A DNA stretch of 64,000 bases from a virus (IMGVR_UViG_3300031994_000094:1826-65825), one strand, 5' to 3'; positions 44,732 through 55,079 are shown, counted from the stretch's first letter. The notes: generated by a model not told the origin, from the letters alone. Made by a program: numbers and translations.

Positions 44732-45349
44732 ATGACATACCAAACATTTGATGGAATACAATTTGTGTTAGACGAAAAAACAGGTTATTTTAAGCACTCA
44801 ACACTACGAAAGTATATGCACCGATATGTGTGGGAATACTATAATGGCAAAATACCGAGTGGTTATGAAGTACATCACATTGACTTTGATAGGTCAAATA
44901 ATGATATTTCAAATTTACAGCTTCTTTCTCGTAAAGAACACAAAAAACTACACGCAGACTTATTAACCGAACAACAACGAGAATGGCGTAGACAGAATTT
45001 AGCCAAAATGGCAAGACCGAAAGCGTCAGAGTGGCATAAATCAAAAGATGGTAGAGATTGGCATAGCGTTCATGTTAAACAACAGCATGAAAGCGGTCAA
45101 TTTAAGCGAGAATTGATATGTACTCAATGTGGTAAAGAATATGTTGGTGAGTTATACAAAGTTGGGGGCAATTCATTTTGTTCAAATAAATGTAAATCCG
45201 CATATCGTAGACTACATGGACTGAATAATATTACAAAAGTCTGTCCTATATGTGGTAAAGAATTTGCAACAGATAAGTATGCTCCAACTATGACATGTTC
45301 AAGAAGTTGTGCGAATAGATTGAAGTGGAATAATAGGAGAGGTAATTAA
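44732..45349 (+). CDS. HNH homing endonuclease with zinc-finger repeats
   Basis: GGAGGT RBS, ATG 44732; MHRYVW...EVHHIDFDRSNNDISNLQLL; CTQC, FCSNKC, CPIC, TCSRSC. Confidence 0.9.
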   Translation: MTYQTFDGIQFVLDEKTGYFKHSTLRKYMHRYVWEYYNGKIPSGYEVHHIDFDRSNNDISNLQLLSRKEHKKLHADLLTEQQREWRRQNLAKMARPKASEWHKSKDGRDWHSVHVKQQHESGQFKRELICTQCGKEYVGELYKVGGNSFCSNKCKSAYRRLHGLNNITKVCPICGKEFATDKYAPTMTCSRSCANRLKWNNRRGN

Positions 45350-45637
45350 ATGGCGAGATACACTTATGGGGCTGGACCTAAACCACGCAGAAGGACTGAA
45401 AAGGTAAATCAAAATACAGATAATGTGTATGGTGGTAATAATGGAGCAAACAGAGGTAAGTCATACACAAAGAAAAACAACCCTACGGATCGAGGAAATC
45501 GTATAGATAATCTACAAGGTGAAAAGAAAGAACGTAGAGGTAGACGATCCACAGGAACTACGAAATTTAAGTCTAAAACTACTGGACAGAAAGCAAGAAG
45601 TAGAAACGCTAATAAGCGAAACAAAGCAAAGGGGTGA
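45350..45637 (+). CDS. Highly basic low-complexity protein
   Basis: K/R/N/G/T-rich, 95 aa. Confidence 0.75.
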   Translation: MARYTYGAGPKPRRRTEKVNQNTDNVYGGNNGANRGKSYTKKNNPTDRGNRIDNLQGEKKERRGRRSTGTTKFKSKTTGQKARSRNANKRNKAKG

Positions 45638-45642
45638 TGTAA

Positions 45643-46290
45643 ATGCCACAATTATTAAATACCTCTTTGCGTGAATATGAAGGTGTGGGCGAATATAATA
45701 TTCCCGCTATTCAGCCTATATATGAATTACCACAAATAGATAATTGGCTGGAATTTGAGAAAGCAAAGAAATTGCGTAATAAACCCTCAAAAACAGGAGT
45801 ACATTTCTTTGAGTATGACTTCAAATTTGAGTGTTGCTGGAACTTTCCAGACCGCTATGCAGAAGTGCTTTCAGCTTATGATGCTATTGTTACTCCCGAT
45901 TTCTCTTACTATATAGATTTTCCAAAAGCATTACGTATCTATAATAAATATCGTATGCACTGGATAACAGCATATTGGCAAGAGAGGGGACTTAATATGA
46001 TACCCCTCATACGCATTGGTCTTGAAGAAGATTGGGATTGGTGCTTTGACGGTTATCCTATTGGTAGCATTGTAGCAGTATCAACGGTTGGTTTAGGAAA
46101 GAAATCTGAACTACACGACTTGGGTAAGCGGTGCTATGATGAAATGCTCAAACGTCTACAGCCCAAAGAAATTTTAGTATATACACGAAATTTTGATTAT
46201 TTTCCTGGCAACGTGCGATATATCAAGTACAGTATTGATAAACATATTAAGGGCATAGACGATATTGATAAGGAGGACAATGATGGTTAG
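45643..46290 (+). CDS. DUF4417-like protein
   Basis: GVHFFEYD..F...PDFS.Y...YWQ..G..IP...WCFDGYP.GS.VAVS. Confidence 0.8.
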   Translation: MPQLLNTSLREYEGVGEYNIPAIQPIYELPQIDNWLEFEKAKKLRNKPSKTGVHFFEYDFKFECCWNFPDRYAEVLSAYDAIVTPDFSYYIDFPKALRIYNKYRMHWITAYWQERGLNMIPLIRIGLEEDWDWCFDGYPIGSIVAVSTVGLGKKSELHDLGKRCYDEMLKRLQPKEILVYTRNFDYFPGNVRYIKYSIDKHIKGIDDIDKEDNDG

Positions 46291-48100
46291 TTTCTCTCAA
46301 ATCATTCAAAAGTTAAAGGAGGTTTTCTCTAAAATGGTCAAAGGTAAATCTATTGAACGTGAGATAGGTGTTTCTCCGCTTATTTCAAATCAAATGGCAA
46401 ATGCTATTCAGCTATGGGAAGATATGTATAAGGGTCAATCTCCATGGATACATGAACCTACTTTTAACGACCCTACACGGGTTGTCAGCCTTGGATTACC
46501 TCAGATGATAGCAAGTGAGAAAGCAAGAACAGCTTTACTTGAATTTAAGTCTGAGATTACAACTCCCATGAAAGAGGTTGAGGTTGAATCCGAAGCTAAT
46601 AATGCGATTGAGCGTTTTAACGAATCTCTTGATTTTGAGAAAAACTCGCAAAATAACGAAGCAAATCAGCCGCAAGGCGGTGTTCGCACCCCGATGTTTC
46701 ACCCTAAGAACACAGTTAAAGAACTTGTACCAAAAGGACCTACTGAACGTGCTGAGTACCTAAATAAGATTTATCAGCGTAAGATACTGCCTAAATTGCG
46801 TAGAGAAATTGAGTACGGTATTGCTTTAGGCGGGTTGGTAATTAAACCTTATGTTATTGTTAATGAGCCTATAGAAACCATGCAGGATGATGATAATGTA
46901 CTCACACTTAATACAAAGATAGATAAAGCTGAGATGGAGTTTGATTTTGTCTATGCTGACCATTTTTATCCTCTTGCTTTCAATGGTAGTGGTGATATCA
47001 CAGAAGCCGCTTTTATCGAACATAAAGTGGATAAGAATATCACATATAGCAGACTTGAGCATCATAAGTATATTAGTAGCACACATCAAGTTGTTGTTAC
47101 TAATAAGGCTTTCAAATCTACTGCAAATGTACAGGCGAATGAAGGTGCAGACCTCGGTCAGGAAATTTCTTTGAAGCAAGTACCCGATTGGGAAGGTATT
47201 CAACCAATGGTTGTTATCAATAATGCTGATAGACTTATGTTTGCATACTTCAAAATGCCTGAAGCCAATACGATTGATATGTATAGTCCTCTTGGTGTGA
47301 GTGGTTTTGATAAAGCAATTAAACTGATTAAAGATGCAGATTATCAGTATAGCAGACTTCTGTGGGAATATGAAGCCGGGGAAATGGCTATTGATATTGA
47401 CCGTGATGCTCTGAAAGATACAGAAGTAAGAGATAATAACGGAAATCTTATCATGGTTAGTAAGATGGGGCATATGCAACAAAGATTGTATCGTCCTGTT
47501 GTGCTTGATAATGGTAACGGTAGTGATACATACCAACCTTATGCTCCCACTCTTCGTGATGCAAGTTTTATCAATGGTCTAAATACAATACTCACACATA
47601 TTGAAGATGTAACTGGTCTTTCCCGTGGTACTCTTTCAGAGGTTACTATGAGTGAAGCCCGCACTGCTACAGAGTTACGTATCCTTAAACAGCGGAGTTA
47701 TCAGACAAATGCTGATATACAGAAAGCTATTCAGCGGTGCTTAGAGGACCTTGTATATGTTATGAACGCTCTTTGTTCTCTCTATGATATTACAAGCGAA
47801 GGAGAATATGAAACTTCATTTGAGTGGGATGATAGTATTCTCGTTGATGTGGATACAGAACTTGGTAAGCGTATGACGCTTATGCAGAATGGTATTATGA
47901 GCAAGGAAGAGTTGCGTATGTGGTACATGGGTGAGACTGAGAGACAGGCTAAAGAAGCACTTCTCAAAGTACAGGAAGAGAATAGACTTGCTGTTGAAGA
48001 TAACCTTATGACACAGATGGAATTTAGAGATAACGGCATGGATAGTAGTATGCAACAAAAGCCGGATTCTTTTAGACAACCTACTGAGGGTAATGAATAA
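46283..48100 (+). CDS. Portal protein (A118/SPP1-like)
   Basis: Position; FAYFKMP..N.ID..SPLGVS; SEARTATE; FEWDDS. Confidence 0.88.
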   Translation: MVSFSQIIQKLKEVFSKMVKGKSIEREIGVSPLISNQMANAIQLWEDMYKGQSPWIHEPTFNDPTRVVSLGLPQMIASEKARTALLEFKSEITTPMKEVEVESEANNAIERFNESLDFEKNSQNNEANQPQGGVRTPMFHPKNTVKELVPKGPTERAEYLNKIYQRKILPKLRREIEYGIALGGLVIKPYVIVNEPIETMQDDDNVLTLNTKIDKAEMEFDFVYADHFYPLAFNGSGDITEAAFIEHKVDKNITYSRLEHHKYISSTHQVVVTNKAFKSTANVQANEGADLGQEISLKQVPDWEGIQPMVVINNADRLMFAYFKMPEANTIDMYSPLGVSGFDKAIKLIKDADYQYSRLLWEYEAGEMAIDIDRDALKDTEVRDNNGNLIMVSKMGHMQQRLYRPVVLDNGNGSDTYQPYAPTLRDASFINGLNTILTHIEDVTGLSRGTLSEVTMSEARTATELRILKQRSYQTNADIQKAIQRCLEDLVYVMNALCSLYDITSEGEYETSFEWDDSILVDVDTELGKRMTLMQNGIMSKEELRMWYMGETERQAKEALLKVQEENRLAVEDNLMTQMEFRDNGMDSSMQQKPDSFRQPTEGNE

Positions 48101-49302
48101 TGCTTAATGATAATGAAATTGACAGCCTTATACAACCGTTTGTGGAACGTCAGCAACAACTGAATACTTTTGTTGTAACTAAAATTGCACACAGGGTGAA
48201 AGAGGTGGGTAAGTTATCTAAACAGGATGTGTATAAACTGTCCCAACTGTTAAGGGTTGGGGCAGATGCACGTATCATCAATCAAGAGATAGCAAGTGTA
48301 TTGAATGTGCAAGAGCAGAATGTTAAAGATATGATACGTAAGGCGGCTACTAAAACTTATGCTGATGCTAAACCGTTTTACGATTATCGCCATAAGTCTC
48401 AGATACCTTTAGAGAAGAATACCCGTTTACAACGCACTGTAAGGGCGATTAGCAAACAGACGGAAGGTACGTTTAAGAATCTGTCAAATTCTAAAGCTAT
48501 AGGGTTTAGTATTCGGGATATGAAGAATCCACAGGTTTTGAAGTTCCAGGATGTAACTCAAACATATCAAACTATTATTGATGAAGCAGTGCAAGCAGTA
48601 CATAGCGGAACTATGGATTTTGATACTGCTATGAGAAGAACATTAAGGCAACTTAACGATAGTGGTTTAAGAAGAGCATATTGGGAAAGCGGTTATTCAA
48701 GACGTTTAGATAGTACCGTAAGGATGAACCTTTTAGGTGGTATTCGTCAGCTTAATCAACAAATCCAATTACAAATAGCAGATGAAATAAAAGCAGATGG
48801 CATTGAAATTTCAGCACATAGTTTTTCTGCTCCTGACCATGAACCAGTACAAGGTCATATCTTTACGCTTGAACAGTTTGACCGCTTACAAAGTGAGTTG
48901 GATTTTGAGGATGTTAATAAAGTAAAATTTACATCAATTCGCAGACCGATAGGCGAATGGAACTGTAACCATTTTACACAGGCTATTATTATCGCAAAAC
49001 ATAAACCTACATGGACACCCGAAGATTTGGATGAACTAAAACGTGCTAATGAAGAGGGCTATACTACAAAAGATGGTAAACACTATACAATGTATGAGTG
49101 TACACAGATTCAAAGGGATTATGAGACAAAGATTAGAATAGCAAAAGATGGTTATATAATGGCATTACAAGCTGGAAATAAATCGCTTGCAGATTTCTAT
49201 GAAGCACGTTTGTCACAACTTAATGCGGAGTACAGACAATTCAGTAAGGATTGCAATTTAACCCGTCAAAGAAAACGTACTTTTGTGCCAAATTTTTCAT
49301 AA
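48100..49302 (+). CDS. Minor capsid protein
   Basis: SAPDHEPVQG, NCNH, QRDYETKIR. Confidence 0.85.
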   Translation: MLNDNEIDSLIQPFVERQQQLNTFVVTKIAHRVKEVGKLSKQDVYKLSQLLRVGADARIINQEIASVLNVQEQNVKDMIRKAATKTYADAKPFYDYRHKSQIPLEKNTRLQRTVRAISKQTEGTFKNLSNSKAIGFSIRDMKNPQVLKFQDVTQTYQTIIDEAVQAVHSGTMDFDTAMRRTLRQLNDSGLRRAYWESGYSRRLDSTVRMNLLGGIRQLNQQIQLQIADEIKADGIEISAHSFSAPDHEPVQGHIFTLEQFDRLQSELDFEDVNKVKFTSIRRPIGEWNCNHFTQAIIIAKHKPTWTPEDLDELKRANEEGYTTKDGKHYTMYECTQIQRDYETKIRIAKDGYIMALQAGNKSLADFYEARLSQLNAEYRQFSKDCNLTRQRKRTFVPNFS

Positions 49303-49344
49303 AAATGGTTTACATAATATATATTATATGCTATTATTAACTAT

Positions 49345-49500
49345 GAAAGATTGTTGTTTTCCACATTCTTTTATCTTCCACCCTCCGTGTGGGGGAATCC
49401 CTCATGCGGAGTTCAGAAGTTTTTGTCGAGCATAAAGACGTTAAAACAAATGCCATTCAGTCCACACTGTAATGGACGATTAAATATAACAGATATAAAT
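49345..49500 (+). promoter_or_regulatory. Promoter-proximal structured leader upstream of the scaffold gene
   Basis: TTTACA-17-TATTAT just upstream; hairpins CTCCG..CGGAG, GTC..GAC, GTCCA/TGGAC. Confidence 0.5.
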
Positions 49501-49520
49501 GAATGAAGGAGGATTGTAAC

Positions 49521-50189
49521 ATGACAATCAAGGAACTTTTTGACAAGTCGGAAAATGGCTCACTCGACTACTCGACCTTTGAGAAGTTGATGAATGAAAA
49601 TGGTGCTAAGTTTGCAGATTTATCCGAAGGTAAGTATGTAAGTAAGGATAAGTACGAGAACGAAGTTGCAAGTAAGGATTCACAAATCACGAAACTCAAT
49701 GATACCATCAAAGAGCGTGAAAAGGATTTGAAGAATCTGAATACTCAACTGAAAGACGCTGGCACTGATTCTGAAAAACTCGCTGAGTTGCAGACACAGT
49801 TCGGTAATCTCCAAACCCAGTACAAAACAGATACCGACAATTACAAAGCACAGTTATCTAAACAGGCTTATGAGTTTGCGGTAAAGGAATTTGCAAGTGG
49901 TAAGAAGTTCACAAGCAACGCCGCAAAGAGAGACTTCATCAGTTCCATGATTGCTAAAGAACTGAAAATGGAAGGCGATAAGATTCTTGGTGCAGATGAT
50001 TTTGTAACATCATACTCTACAGAAAATGCAGACGCATTTATAACGGAGAAAGCACCCGAACAGAATACACAGACACCGCCCCCTACATTTTCAAAAACCG
50101 TCAATCCTAATACACAGCAACCACAGATGGGTGATAATCCATTCGGATTTCACTTTTCACAAGTAAGACCGAAACCAAATAATATGTAA
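49521..50189 (+). CDS. Capsid scaffold protein (GP20-like)
   Basis: GGAGG RBS; KYVSKDKY, coiled coil, position before the major capsid gene. Confidence 0.85.
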   Translation: MTIKELFDKSENGSLDYSTFEKLMNENGAKFADLSEGKYVSKDKYENEVASKDSQITKLNDTIKEREKDLKNLNTQLKDAGTDSEKLAELQTQFGNLQTQYKTDTDNYKAQLSKQAYEFAVKEFASGKKFTSNAAKRDFISSMIAKELKMEGDKILGADDFVTSYSTENADAFITEKAPEQNTQTPPPTFSKTVNPNTQQPQMGDNPFGFHFSQVRPKPNNM

Positions 50190-50203
50190 AGGAGATTAAA
50201 ATT

Positions 50204-51226
50204 ATGCCTACTTCTTATGTAGCTCCCGCTAATAACGGAACAACTGGTACTAAAGATGGTACTTATGCCATTGGCGCTCTTAACTACGCTGACGAATATC
50301 AACGTGCATTGGAGCAAAACTTTCCGTGGGTTCTGAACTATGGCGCTCTTTATGCTACGCCGAATAATGGTCGGTACAGATGGCTGAATAGCAAGACGAT
50401 TGAGATTCCGTCTATCAGCACAACTGGTCGTGTTGACGCAGACCGTGATACAATCGCATTTGCACAGCGTAACTATCAGAACGCATGGGTAAGCCTTACT
50501 CTGGAGAATCAGCGTAAGTGGTCTACTCTCGTTCATCCCCGTGATATTGATGAAACCAATATGGTAGCTACCATTGGTAATATCACACAGGTATTTAACG
50601 ATGAGCATAAATTCCCGGAGATGGATGCTTACTGCATCAGCAAGATTTATGCTGATTGGTGCAACGCAAAGAATCCTGATACTGGTGAAACTCTTGCACC
50701 CGATACTACGGTACTGACTACATCTAACATCCTGTCTGTATTTGACAGTCTGATGCTGAAGATGGATAATGGTCGTGTTCCTGCAAATGGTCGTATCCTG
50801 TATGTACCTTTTGAGATTCTGTATATCCTCAAAGAGGCACAGGGTATTTCTCGGTCTATGGATATTACTTCTGGACCTAATGCAATCGACCGTAGAGTAA
50901 ACCGTCTGGATCAGGTACAGATTGTCGGTGTGCCCAGTACACTGATGAAAACTCTGTATGAGTTCACAACTGATTATGCTGTTGCTGATGATGCAGAGCA
51001 AATCAATATGTTCCTTGTTCATCCGATGGCAGTTATCACTCCTGTATCTTATACGTTCTCTCGTCTGGATCCTCCGAGTGCTATGTCTGAGGGCAAGTAT
51101 GTTTATTACGAAGAGTCCTTCGAGGATGTATTCATTCTTGCAAATAAGGCTAACGCTATTCAGTTTAACGTATCTAACGGTGGTGGAACTTCTACAACTA
51201 CTTCTACATCTACATCCACATCGTAA
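50204..51226 (+). CDS. Major capsid protein
   Basis: Size and position; FPEMDAY; C-terminal GGGTSTTTSTSTSTS tail. Confidence 0.88.
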   Translation: MPTSYVAPANNGTTGTKDGTYAIGALNYADEYQRALEQNFPWVLNYGALYATPNNGRYRWLNSKTIEIPSISTTGRVDADRDTIAFAQRNYQNAWVSLTLENQRKWSTLVHPRDIDETNMVATIGNITQVFNDEHKFPEMDAYCISKIYADWCNAKNPDTGETLAPDTTVLTTSNILSVFDSLMLKMDNGRVPANGRILYVPFEILYILKEAQGISRSMDITSGPNAIDRRVNRLDQVQIVGVPSTLMKTLYEFTTDYAVADDAEQINMFLVHPMAVITPVSYTFSRLDPPSAMSEGKYVYYEESFEDVFILANKANAIQFNVSNGGGTSTTTSTSTSTS

Positions 51227-51240
51227 TAGGAGAAAAACCT

Positions 51241-51462
51241 ATGATTAAAGTCCATAAGGATAATCGGTATATTCGGGTAACTGAAAACGAATTAGACAAA
51301 TATCTTTCTAAAGGTTATACAGTTGTTGAGGAAAAGCCTGTTGCAAAGCAGGCTCCTCAACCTCAACCTAAAGCGGAAGAGCCTACATTTGCTAAAGTGT
51401 ATAAGAGCATACCCGAAGAAAAGGTTGTTGAACAGCCTAAACCTCGTAAGCGTAGAAAATAG
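51241..51462 (+). CDS. Small head-associated protein
   Basis: Position; KYLSKGY motif. Confidence 0.6.
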   Translation: MIKVHKDNRYIRVTENELDKYLSKGYTVVEEKPVAKQAPQPQPKAEEPTFAKVYKSIPEEKVVEQPKPRKRRK

Positions 51463-51469
51463 TTAAAAG

Positions 51470-51946
51470 GCGGTGAAATCAATGTACCTTACTTATGAAG
51501 TCTATACAGAAATGGGTGGGACGTTAGACGAAACCGCCTTTAACGATTTTGAGTACGAAGCTGAGACTTATGTAAACTGGTACACATTCAGACGGTTAGT
51601 CAATGAAGTTGAGTATCCCGAAGAACTTGCAAGGTGTATGTATCGTTTAATCATGTTAGCAAAGCTGAAAGCTGATACAATGCTACTTGGTAAACAGACT
51701 ACAGTAACTGTAGACGGAGAAGGAAATACTACCACAACCGAAGTATCAACATACATAAAAGGTCAGTCAAATGATGGTGTCAGCGTTGATTATAATGCTG
51801 TCGATGCAGGAAACTTGTTTGAACTTCTCGCCTCCCGTAAACAGGGTAATGTAATTGAGGATACAATACAAAGATACCTTAGTGGAGTAAGACGTAAAAG
51901 TGATAACAAACTGCTAACATACAGAGGTTTATATCCTGATGAATAA
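51470..51946 (+). CDS. Head-tail connector
   Basis: YLTYEVY..MGG...F; position (exact start uncertain). Confidence 0.7.
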   Translation, partial: AVKSMYLTYEVYTEMGGTLDETAFNDFEYEAETYVNWYTFRRLVNEVEYPEELARCMYRLIMLAKLKADTMLLGKQTTVTVDGEGNTTTTEVSTYIKGQSNDGVSVDYNAVDAGNLFELLASRKQGNVIEDTIQRYLSGVRRKSDNKLLTYRGLYPDE

Positions 51947-52391
51947 TGCAATTTACCCCGAATGGTGGGATACCACTGTTACAATCTTCAATAAGTTTAC
52001 AGACCCACATACACAGGTTGTACGATGGTACAAGACCGTTGTAGAGGGCGCATATTGGAAATATGTTGGTGATAAAATAACAGTTGGTAAAACTGTTCTT
52101 GAAACCAACAATATCATCTGTCGCATACGTAAAGATGATAAATTTCTGGAACAGTATCAGTGGTTGCAGAAACCCAATGACCAAATGGGGGATTACTTTA
52201 CATTGGGAAAAGGTGATATCATTATTAAGGGCGAGGTTGATGATGATATCAATGAGTATCAAGCCGGACACCGTTCAAATGATATAATAGCTAAGTATAA
52301 AGACTTGCAAGGTTGTATGAGTATAGAACGTGTAGCAATCAACGTAGGAGCAGGACGATGTGATGAACATTATTATGTAAAGGGTATATAG
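51939..52391 (+). CDS. Head closure / stopper-like protein
   Basis: Position; FTLGKGDIIIKG. Confidence 0.7.
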   Translation: MNNAIYPEWWDTTVTIFNKFTDPHTQVVRWYKTVVEGAYWKYVGDKITVGKTVLETNNIICRIRKDDKFLEQYQWLQKPNDQMGDYFTLGKGDIIIKGEVDDDINEYQAGHRSNDIIAKYKDLQGCMSIERVAINVGAGRCDEHYYVKGI

Positions 52392-52393
52392 TT

Positions 52394-52948
52394 ATGGCAG
52401 AGGTTTCGATTACAGTAACAGATAAAATATCTCGCACCACAAGTAGATTGTTATTTTTATTGCATAATGAGCGAGTACGGAAAAACTGTAATCAGATTAT
52501 TGCTCAGATACTAAAACCCTATGTACCTATGAGAACTGGTGCGCTTCGTGAATCTGTAAAGGTTTATCCTGATAAAATCACATGGGGTGAATCACAAGCT
52601 ACAGAGTATGCGAGATATCAATACAATGGAATTGTGTATGGTCCTAACTTACCAGGATGGGTAGGCAATACGGCAGGTTGGCGTTCTCCAAAAACAAAAT
52701 ACCCAACAAATAGAGTATTAGGTGAATCTGGGGATGCAACATTAAGACCTGTATGGGTGTTTGACAATGGTAAATATAGGCGAGCAAATGAAAATGATGC
52801 AGATATAACATGGCACTTTGGATATTTTACACAAGGTACTCGGCATCATTGGCCTAATGCTTATCAAGGTCAAGTTAAGAGTGAGGCAAATAAAAAGATT
52901 ACAAAGTACCTTAAATGGGTATGGAAACAGAGAGGTGTAAATGTATGA
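52394..52948 (+). CDS. Minor capsid / neck protein
   Basis: YVPMRTGAL...YARYQY. Confidence 0.75.
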   Translation: MAEVSITVTDKISRTTSRLLFLLHNERVRKNCNQIIAQILKPYVPMRTGALRESVKVYPDKITWGESQATEYARYQYNGIVYGPNLPGWVGNTAGWRSPKTKYPTNRVLGESGDATLRPVWVFDNGKYRRANENDADITWHFGYFTQGTRHHWPNAYQGQVKSEANKKITKYLKWVWKQRGVNV

Positions 52949-53430
52949 TTGACAAAAATCAAGCTGTTATTGATTATCTCATACAATGCCCTCAAATCCT
53001 TAACAGCCCACTATATTTTAACCTTATAAATGCCAAAAACGATAATGTTCAAATAATAACATCTGCTGACGATGTAACTACAACAAGACCATATGTTGAT
53101 GGTAGCATTCCTAAACGATATACGTTTAGCATTGTTACTTTTAAGTCAATAACGGACTTGGCTTTGGTTAAGGATAGTGAATATCCAAATGAAAATGTAG
53201 ACGATTTAGCAGAAGCACAAGCCCTAATAGATTGGGTACATGAACAAGAAGATATCCAAAACTATCCGAACTTCGGAGAAGATTGTTACATTGATTCCAT
53301 ACAAACTACAACTGATACCCCTCGATTTGATGGTATCAATGATGAATTAACACCCCCTCTTGCTATGTACACCATAGCGATTGTGATAAACTATATTGAC
53401 ACAAGTAAAATGATATGGAAGGAGAACTAA
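52945..53430 (+). CDS. Tail terminator-like protein
   Basis: Position before the major tail gene. Confidence 0.65.
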   Translation: MIDKNQAVIDYLIQCPQILNSPLYFNLINAKNDNVQIITSADDVTTTRPYVDGSIPKRYTFSIVTFKSITDLALVKDSEYPNENVDDLAEAQALIDWVHEQEDIQNYPNFGEDCYIDSIQTTTDTPRFDGINDELTPPLAMYTIAIVINYIDTSKMIWKEN

Positions 53431-53431
53431 A

Positions 53432-53971
53432 ATGGCAGTATCTCAGTTTAATCTTAAAGACCGCCAGAGAGCGGAACGTAAACTGCTCATCACTGTAGCA
53501 GAGTGGAAAGAAGGCGAGGGTACTTCTGTATCCCCTGTAAGAGAGATTCTTGGTACACGTACTGAGGATTCCAGTATTGAGTATAATGCTGATATTGAAA
53601 CCACAACTGATATCCGTGGTATCAATTATACGGATGTAAACAGAACTCAGCCTCAGCAGAATTTCGACCCGTATCTTATTCTTGGTGGCTCTAAACTTGG
53701 TGCTTTCCTGAATGATAAGCGTAGGCGTAATGCTGTTAGCGAACTCAATGACTTTACCATTTATGTTATTACCGCATTTGTTGGTGAGACTGGTCAGTAT
53801 GAAGCTGAGTGCCATACTGGTTGTACGATTGCTTACAATTCTATCGGTGGTGATAGTAACGTAAATATGCCCATCTCTGTATATCTGTCTAATGACTATA
53901 ACGGAAGTGGCGCACCTGCTACTGGTACAGTAGATAAGCTGTCTGATGATTTTGTATTTACACCGGATTAA
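53432..53971 (+). CDS. Major tail (tube) protein
   Basis: Position and size; ETTTDIRG. Confidence 0.8.
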   Translation: MAVSQFNLKDRQRAERKLLITVAEWKEGEGTSVSPVREILGTRTEDSSIEYNADIETTTDIRGINYTDVNRTQPQQNFDPYLILGGSKLGAFLNDKRRRNAVSELNDFTIYVITAFVGETGQYEAECHTGCTIAYNSIGGDSNVNMPISVYLSNDYNGSGAPATGTVDKLSDDFVFTPD

Positions 53972-53982
53972 ATAACTAAAAG

Positions 53983-54480
53983 ATGGGAGATAAAAGAATG
54001 GAAACAACAATGAATAATAATATAATTGACCTGTCATTATCTATCAAGAAGAAGATTCGGATTGATGGTGACGATAATCGTATTATCGAATTGAATACCT
54101 CTGATATGGGTATTATAGAGCGTATTAACGGTCTTGCTGACAAGATGGTAGAACTCTCTAATAAGTTTGTCACTGTTAAGTATGATGATGATTTGGAAGA
54201 GCGGATTGATGGTAATGCACTGGCAGAAGAAGTCAAACTGATTGATTCTGAAATGCGAGAAATCATAGATGATTTATTCCAGTCACCTATATCAGACGTA
54301 TGCGTGCCAGATGGTACAATGTTCGATATGTTTAATGGAGAGTTTATGTATGAGATTATCATTCAGAAACTTCTCAATCTGTATGCTGATAATATTCATG
54401 CAGAAACAGAAAAGACCATGAATCGTATTCACAAACATACTGACAAGTACATTCCACAAGACCATAAGAAAAAGTCATAA
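53983..54480 (+). CDS. Tail assembly chaperone
   Basis: Position between major tail and Gp15-like genes. Confidence 0.7.
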   Translation: MGDKRMETTMNNNIIDLSLSIKKKIRIDGDDNRIIELNTSDMGIIERINGLADKMVELSNKFVTVKYDDDLEERIDGNALAEEVKLIDSEMREIIDDLFQSPISDVCVPDGTMFDMFNGEFMYEIIIQKLLNLYADNIHAETEKTMNRIHKHTDKYIPQDHKKKS

Positions 54481-55079
54481 TGTTTGAATTACCTACAAGC
54501 ATTACGATAGGAGAGCATGAATATCCTATTCGTAACAAAGGTGATTTCAGAATGGTTCTGGATTGCTTCGCTTGTTTACAAGATGTGGAACTTGATGAAC
54601 AAGAACGTGTAATAGCCTCGCTGTGTATCTTCTATTCCGATATTACGTCAATAGATGGTATCGGCGAGGTTTTCTCGTCAGAAGATGAGTTACTGACCGC
54701 AGTAAACAAAATGTATAATTTCTTTAACTGTGGACAGAAAAGCGTCGGAGCAAAGCAAAGCCATAAGCTGATTGATTGGGAACAAGATAGTCAGATGATT
54801 ATATCTGCTATCAATAAGGTAGCACAAAAAGAAGTACGTGCGGAAGAGTATGTTCATTGGTGGACATTTATGGGTTATTACTTAGCAGTAGGTGAGTGCC
54901 CATTATCAACTGTAGTAAACATACGTGATAAAATCGTCAAGGGTAAAAAACTTGAGAAGTGGGAACAGACCTTTAGACGAGATAATCCAGAATATTTTGT
55001 ATGGAACTCTAAATCTGTGGAAGATAGAGAAGCCGAGGAATACATCAAACAAATCTGGAATAATGGTGGTGAGACATAA
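54480..55079 (+). CDS. Gp15-like tail chaperone
   Basis: DFRMVL, DWEQD, HWWTF motifs. Confidence 0.8.
   Translation: MFELPTSITIGEHEYPIRNKGDFRMVLDCFACLQDVELDEQERVIASLCIFYSDITSIDGIGEVFSSEDELLTAVNKMYNFFNCGQKSVGAKQSHKLIDWEQDSQMIISAINKVAQKEVRAEEYVHWWTFMGYYLAVGECPLSTVVNIRDKIVKGKKLEKWEQTFRRDNPEYFVWNSKSVEDREAEEYIKQIWNNGGET

Noticed and set aside
53983-55079. Programmed frameshift between the tail chaperone genes
   Set aside because: The two ORFs abut as TAATG with separate reading frames, and I saw no clear slippery heptamer at the junction
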